This document shows, piece by piece, positions 58,966 to 64,000 of a DNA stretch of 64,000 bases. Made by a program: the position numbers and the translations under genes. The notes beneath the pieces are model-generated. The model searched no databases. It had not been told where the DNA came from and saw only the letters and a program-made list of their open reading frames with translations. The DNA comes from a virus. The stretch's first letter is position 1. Each line of letters opens with the position of its first letter. The DNA is taken from the IMG/VR virus record IMGVR_UViG_3300030060_007988; one strand, written 5' to 3'.

Positions 58966-60201
58966 ATGAAAAAATCCCAACTAAGAAAACTGATAAAGTC
59001 TACAATTTCTGAAGTTTTATCAGAAGCAAGAATCAAAAAAGGAAGTATTGTAATTGCCAAAACAGGTGTACACAAAGGTGATAAACATGAAGTAATACAT
59101 GATTTTGGAAATGGAAAATTCAATGTTACACCTCTTTCATTTAGAAACAAATATCGTATGGGAGCTGCCGGTGCAGATGCTAAGGACTTAATACTTGTTA
59201 AAGAAACTAGAGAACAGGTACTTAATGAAAAGTTTGCGTCACGATTAGTACAAGACATGTTTAATAAAATGACTAGGTCTAGGGGATTTGGTAGTAGAGG
59301 GGACAAAAAGTTTTTTAATGCAGCATCAAAAGCATACGGAGTTGAATGGGATAAATTATCTGATGACATGATATCAGGTCCTACTGCAAGGATGAAAAGA
59401 CAAGGCCTTGAGTTTATACTATCAAAGACAAACCAAACAGTAAAAGGTACTGGGAAGTATGATTATGAACGTGCTATTCAAGCAGGACAACTATTAGGGG
59501 TTGCAATGAATGGTAAAGCAGTATACTTTGGAAAGAGTGGATTGAAAACAGGTGCACCTAGTAGCCGTGATTATCCTGAATATGTAGGACTTAATGTAAT
59601 GGGATTTAAAAATGCAGATAGCATTATCAAAAGACTTAGTCCTAATGTTGAAGTATACCAAGTGGACATTAGTAAAGCTGGTGGTGCTAGAGAAAAACAA
59701 CAAGCTAGGAAAGATGCAAGAAGAGGAGCAACTGCACTTCTGAGCTTTAATGCAATTAAAAGGGAAAACCAAGCAAGATATGAAAAGGCACTAAGAGATA
59801 GGTTGGCAAATTCAAGTCCTGTTGATCAGGCCTATAAAATGGTTGAGGCCGCTCAAAAAATGGCAGTTGCAGTTTCAAATAAAGATATTGAAATGTTGAA
59901 AAAAGGAATGGTCAGGGATAGTTGGTCTAGCAGTGGTGGTCAAATCAATAATGCATACAATCAAATGTTTACATCAATGCAAAGATTACTAAGTTTTGAA
60001 AATCAAGCAATCAAGGCAGCCGATAAAGATAAGGCAATGAAATTGAAAAATGGTGAAAAACCTGCATGGAGTGAAGAAAAGTATTATTTAGATCAAATGA
60101 TATCCGAAGCACGTAATATACAAAGAGTGTTTAAGGAACTAAAAGCTGATTTATCTAAACTTAGTAAAGATAAAGACTATGTATCAATAAATCCAAGATA
60201 G
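58966..60201 (+). CDS. Hypothetical protein, probable internal head protein
   Basis: Leader MKKSQLRKLIKSTISEVLSE; internal VLNE. Confidence 0.6.
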   Translation: MKKSQLRKLIKSTISEVLSEARIKKGSIVIAKTGVHKGDKHEVIHDFGNGKFNVTPLSFRNKYRMGAAGADAKDLILVKETREQVLNEKFASRLVQDMFNKMTRSRGFGSRGDKKFFNAASKAYGVEWDKLSDDMISGPTARMKRQGLEFILSKTNQTVKGTGKYDYERAIQAGQLLGVAMNGKAVYFGKSGLKTGAPSSRDYPEYVGLNVMGFKNADSIIKRLSPNVEVYQVDISKAGGAREKQQARKDARRGATALLSFNAIKRENQARYEKALRDRLANSSPVDQAYKMVEAAQKMAVAVSNKDIEMLKKGMVRDSWSSSGGQINNAYNQMFTSMQRLLSFENQAIKAADKDKAMKLKNGEKPAWSEEKYYLDQMISEARNIQRVFKELKADLSKLSKDKDYVSINPR

Positions 60202-60210
60202 GAGATCCAA

Positions 60211-60510
60211 ATGAAACTAAAAAAATTAATCAATGAACATCATATCTTAGGAGATCTTCCATCATCAAAATTGAAAAAAATGAAGTGGAATCCAGTAACT
60301 GAAGAAGAAAAACTAGATGAAGCTCCAATGGATAAATCATTTGCAAAAGATTTTGAAAAAAGTACAAATGCATTTATTAATCATGTTCAATCAGAAATGA
60401 AAAATTCAGATAGTGGAGCCGACAGATTGGTGTTTAAAAAAATGTTACAAAATCTTCGAACAGTACAAGGCTACCCACAATTAATGACAAGACTGGTAGG
60501 AAGTAAATAA
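60211..60510 (+). CDS. Hypothetical protein, probable internal head protein
   Basis: Leader MKLKKLINE; LDE. Confidence 0.6.
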   Translation: MKLKKLINEHHILGDLPSSKLKKMKWNPVTEEEKLDEAPMDKSFAKDFEKSTNAFINHVQSEMKNSDSGADRLVFKKMLQNLRTVQGYPQLMTRLVGSK

Positions 60511-60767
60511 TGCAAACATTTAATGATTCAGAATGGAGAAGAAAAATTCGTGAAACATCAATGACACGAGGATTTACAGCAGCTGTTGAAAAATTAAAAA
60601 AGGTTCAACTTCAACAGCAGGAGCTTAGAAAAGATTTTGTGAAAGAACAAGATCCTAAAAAGAAAGAACAATTAAAAAACAAATTAGTGAAATTGCATAA
60701 AGATGTACAAAAGGCTGAGGCTGAATTCAATAAAGCAGTTTTAAACGAACCAATAGACTTAGAATAA
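60510..60767 (+). CDS. Hypothetical coiled-coil protein
   Basis: Coupled ORF; RKIRE leader. Confidence 0.6.
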   Translation: MQTFNDSEWRRKIRETSMTRGFTAAVEKLKKVQLQQQELRKDFVKEQDPKKKEQLKNKLVKLHKDVQKAEAEFNKAVLNEPIDLE

Positions 60768-60780
60768 AGGATATTAAATT

Positions 60781-61101
60781 ATGGCAAAACGAGCAAAAAA
60801 AGTAAAAAAAGTTGTTAAGAAAGCGGTTAAAAAGACAGTTAAAAAAGTTTTAGATAAAACAACTGTTGATGAAAAAGTGGTTAAACACGTAAATGAAAAT
60901 AGAAGTTTATACAATTTAATCTTATGTTACATTAAATGTTATGGCGGGTATGTATTGGCATTAGGAGCTGGTTGCACATTCGGCGTTAATATTTGGGTAG
61001 GATTAGGATTGATAGTTGCGGCAGGAGCTTGGGGATGGTGGTCTACATGCGGATGTAAATTATCTAAAGGTGGTAAAAAAGGAAGCTGCTGTAAGGAATA
61101 G
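60781..61101 (+). CDS. Small membrane protein (holin-like candidate)
   Basis: Basic N-terminus, two hydrophobic helices, Cys-rich tail. Confidence 0.5.
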   Translation: MAKRAKKVKKVVKKAVKKTVKKVLDKTTVDEKVVKHVNENRSLYNLILCYIKCYGGYVLALGAGCTFGVNIWVGLGLIVAAGAWGWWSTCGCKLSKGGKKGSCCKE

Positions 61102-61106
61102 CCATT

Positions 61107-61496
61107 ATGGATAAGTATGTTTATAGAGGTAAATTAGAAAGAGTTGTAGATGGTGATACTATTGATGCTCTTATTGATGTTGGCTTCGATATTTGGATCA
61201 AAAAAAGAATTAGATACAAAGGAATCGACTGTTGGGAAAGTAGAACTAGGGACTTAGAAGAAAAAAAGAAAGGCCTAGCTGCTAAAGAAAGAAATAAGGA
61301 ACTACTGAAATCAGTAAGTTCTAAACCAGGACTTTTTAGATTAAAGAGTTATGGTGTTGGAAAATATGGTAGAGTTCTTGGTGAAATATTTATAGAAGAT
61401 ATAGACGGTAAACAATACAATATAAATGAAACTTTAATAAATGAAGGCCATGCATATACATATGAAGGTGGCAAGAAAAAATTATTTAAAGGATAG
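61107..61496 (+). CDS. Thermonuclease (SNase-like)
   Basis: RVVDGDTID, RYKGIDCWE, KYGRVLG, NETLINEGHA. Confidence 0.9.
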   Translation: MDKYVYRGKLERVVDGDTIDALIDVGFDIWIKKRIRYKGIDCWESRTRDLEEKKKGLAAKERNKELLKSVSSKPGLFRLKSYGVGKYGRVLGEIFIEDIDGKQYNINETLINEGHAYTYEGGKKKLFKG

Positions 61497-61502
61497 AATA
61501 TT

Positions 61503-61865
61503 ATGAAAATGAAAAACATACTTGGTGAAAAAGGAAAAGGACTTTGGCATAATATTCATGCAAAGAAAAAGCGTGGTGAAAAATCAGATCCTAGATCTAA
61601 ATCATATAAGGCAGCAGTAAAGGCAGGTGAAAAAATAAGAAGAAGTGAAACAACTAAGGATGGAGTTAATGTACCTGCACCACCAAATGTAACGGGACTT
61701 TTAAATGCTAACATGGATGAATTACTTATGGATATTAATGATCCTAAAACATTAAAGGAGTTGGCAAAGAAACTTTATGAAAGATTAGTTTTCTATAGGG
61801 ACAAACAGGATAGAATCAGAAGATTTGATACTGAAAAGAGTAAAAACGATAAATTAAGGAAGTAG
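61503..61865 (+). CDS. Hypothetical protein
   Basis: Leader MKMKNILGE; GLWHNIHAKKKRGE. Confidence 0.65.
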   Translation: MKMKNILGEKGKGLWHNIHAKKKRGEKSDPRSKSYKAAVKAGEKIRRSETTKDGVNVPAPPNVTGLLNANMDELLMDINDPKTLKELAKKLYERLVFYRDKQDRIRRFDTEKSKNDKLRK

Positions 61866-61897
61866 TTTTTACTATACTAAATAAAGGGGAAAATGTT

Positions 61898-62050
61898 ATG
61901 AAAGTTAATTGGATAAATGGCTTTGATGCCGGAAACAAAAAAGAGAAGTACTATCTTGAATTTAGAGTTGGTACTTTTACTATTTTAGAAATAAAATGGG
62001 AAAAATCTAGATTTAGATTTATGTTATTAAATATGGGATTTGAAATATGA
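61898..62050 (+). CDS. Small hypothetical protein, 50 aa (absent from the ORF track)
   Basis: MKVNWINGFDAGNKKEKYYLEFRVGTFTILEIKWEKSRFRFMLLNMGFEI; ATGA overlap with the next gene. Confidence 0.6.
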   Translation: MKVNWINGFDAGNKKEKYYLEFRVGTFTILEIKWEKSRFRFMLLNMGFEI

Positions 62051-64000
62051 AAAAATTTCTGTTCAGTTTATTACTGTTACCGCTATTTGTAATTTCACAA
62101 GAATTTGTAGGACCAGGTGAATGTGGTGTAGAAGCCTATCTTGAACAATGTGACATGTCATATGAAGGATGTTCTGATTTATGTGCAGAAGATCCTAACT
62201 GTATGTCTTTCATGATTGATATAAATTCACTTTATCAGACAGGTGGTGGTTGTTGTATTTTATATAGTGAGTATGCAACAGAAGAAACAGTATTAGGAGA
62301 AGATTGGTTAGATGGTTGTTGTGAATGTTATAATATGCCAGGATATGAAGAACCAGAACCAGATTATGGTGATGGATCAATTATGGAACCAGTCACTTTT
62401 AGATTAGATCTAAATGATGTCATAGACGAGATACCTAATTATAATGATGCACAAGTATTTATACAAACTAGTGTTGCAAATTGGGTTGATATACCAATGG
62501 AGGATATTGGAGGAAATGGTATATGGAGAAAGAATATTAATATAAGTCATCCAGAAGATGAAAATATAGATGTATTTTATAGATTTAAAGTAACATCTTT
62601 TGGTGATAATGGTTTGCCATATACAATGTGGGAAGGAGGAAGTTATGTAGATACTACTTGCCTGATTGATCCTGGTACTCAAGGTTTAGCTCAAGGTGAT
62701 ATAAGACAAATATTATTTCCGCAAGAGTTAATTGATAATGGTACTTATGTTAATCCAACAGGTGAATATAAATTAACACACTGTTTTAATGAATGTGGTA
62801 ATGAACCATGTGAACCAGAAGTAATAACATATGATTCTTGGATTAATATAGATATTCATACAGATGATTGGCCAGAAGAAACAACATGGGAATTAGTAGA
62901 TTCAAATGAAAATGTAATAGCAGAAGGAGGTCCATATGATCAAGACCAAACTTTATTTACTGAAATGGTAGAATTGAATTCAGGAGAATATTATTATTTT
63001 CTATTTGATTCTTATGGAGATGGTTTATGGACAGGCGGATATGTTGAAATAACAAATACATGTGATACAGTATTATTTTTTCATGAAGGACCATTTACAG
63101 ATTACACAATAGAAGAAGTTCAAGAAAGTTTTGAAACAGGAGATCCAGTTGAATGGCAACAAAATGAATTAATGGAAACATTAACAATTACTCCATGTGC
63201 ATTACCAACAAATGGTTGTACAGATGAAGAAGCAAATAATTATGATGAAACAGCCTTTTATGATGATGGTTCATGTGAATACAATTATGGTTGTAATAAT
63301 GAAAATGCATCTAATTATGATTCATTAGCAGTTATGTTACCTCAAGGACCAATAATTCCAGGTGGTAGTTGTAATTTAACTGTATGGGGCCAAAATTATT
63401 TTGGAGTAGATCCTGATTGGTATTTTAATGGAAATGAAAGTACATTTGCAGTAGGTAATAAATTATATATTGGAGACAATACATTTTGGGTAGATGATGT
63501 AAGTCCAGTGCAAGGAAATTGTAATGCACCAGCTGTATTGGTATATGTAGTAACTACACCAGAAGCTGCTGATGGAAATATAGGAACATTTACTCCAGGA
63601 ACAAATGTTAATGCAGTAGTAGGTGATTATTGGTTTATGGACCCATGTACATTTATTTATGGTTGTACTCAAGAAACTGCCTTAAACTACAATCCTGAAG
63701 CAGGAGTTGATGACGGTTCATGTATTAATATTCCAGGATGTACAGATCCAGCTTCAATAAATTATAATCCAGCAGCAACATTAGATGATGGCACATGTGG
63801 CGGTGGAGATATTTTATGTACAGAAAATAAAACATTATTAACAGTAGAAATAATGGTAGATCAATATCCAGGCGAAACTAGTTGGCAAATATTTGATAAT
63901 GCAGAAAACTTAATAGATGAAGCACCTCAAGGTTTTTATAATGGCCAACCAATGGGAGCTATTGTTGAGAAACAAGTATGTGTTAATGACAATACAGAGA
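62047..64000 (+). CDS. Secreted acidic Cys-rich multidomain protein (3'-truncated; absent from the ORF track)
   Basis: Signal peptide MKKFLFSLLLLPLFVIS/Q; PAN-like Cys module; CBM-like segment; TDDWPEETTW and VDQYPGETSW modules; GCTD..A.NY...DDGSC repeats; no stop codon before 64000. Confidence 0.85.
   Translation, partial: MKKFLFSLLLLPLFVISQEFVGPGECGVEAYLEQCDMSYEGCSDLCAEDPNCMSFMIDINSLYQTGGGCCILYSEYATEETVLGEDWLDGCCECYNMPGYEEPEPDYGDGSIMEPVTFRLDLNDVIDEIPNYNDAQVFIQTSVANWVDIPMEDIGGNGIWRKNINISHPEDENIDVFYRFKVTSFGDNGLPYTMWEGGSYVDTTCLIDPGTQGLAQGDIRQILFPQELIDNGTYVNPTGEYKLTHCFNECGNEPCEPEVITYDSWINIDIHTDDWPEETTWELVDSNENVIAEGGPYDQDQTLFTEMVELNSGEYYYFLFDSYGDGLWTGGYVEITNTCDTVLFFHEGPFTDYTIEEVQESFETGDPVEWQQNELMETLTITPCALPTNGCTDEEANNYDETAFYDDGSCEYNYGCNNENASNYDSLAVMLPQGPIIPGGSCNLTVWGQNYFGVDPDWYFNGNESTFAVGNKLYIGDNTFWVDDVSPVQGNCNAPAVLVYVVTTPEAADGNIGTFTPGTNVNAVVGDYWFMDPCTFIYGCTQETALNYNPEAGVDDGSCINIPGCTDPASINYNPAATLDDGTCGGGDILCTENKTLLTVEIMVDQYPGETSWQIFDNAENLIDEAPQGFYNGQPMGAIVEKQVCVNDNTE
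63214..63800 (+). repeat. GC[T/N]xxxAxNYxxxAxxDDG[S/T]C peptide repeats
   Basis: GCTDEEANNYDETAFYDDGSC, GCNNENASNYD (interrupted), GCTQETALNYNPEAGVDDGSC, GCTDPASINYNPAATLDDGTC. Confidence 0.85.

Overview
A 64 kb segment of a large, AT-rich, T4-like/jumbo myovirus genome. All credible genes lie on the + strand, tightly packed, in the standard genetic code. The order is: (1) the end of a tail/baseplate module (1-7.2 kb); (2) a replication/recombination module (short family-A polymerase, HNH protein, Hc1-like protein, gp32-like SSB, RecA, 5'-3' exonuclease, DnaB helicase, NrdB/NrdA), which includes a ~290-nt highly structured non-coding RNA after recA; (3) an 8.4-kb cytosine-hypermodification operon (20399-28803); (4) family-B polymerase, GroES/GroEL and a Cas4-like nuclease; (5) a ~21.5-kb glycan biosynthesis island; (6) a putative endolysin, probable internal head proteins, a thermonuclease and a secreted Cys-rich repeat protein running off the window. 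The best candidate for an undescribed system is the operon in (3). It combines an Asp-type (dCMP-specific) thymidylate-synthase homolog, a gp56-like dCTPase, dCMP deaminase and a T4 beta-glucosyltransferase-like DNA glycosyltransferase with a dedicated sugar-nucleotide pathway (HxlB-like isomerase, Rpe/AlsE-like 3-epimerase, nucleotidyltransferase-kinase fusion, HAD phosphatase, SnoaL protein) and an atypical C5-methyltransferase. This predicts a cytosine carrying a sugar other than glucose. Both DNA-acting enzymes end in a QxELF clamp-binding-like tail. The second candidate is the kissing-loop RNA at 13634-13921. All family calls come from motif recognition by eye; no database searches were run.
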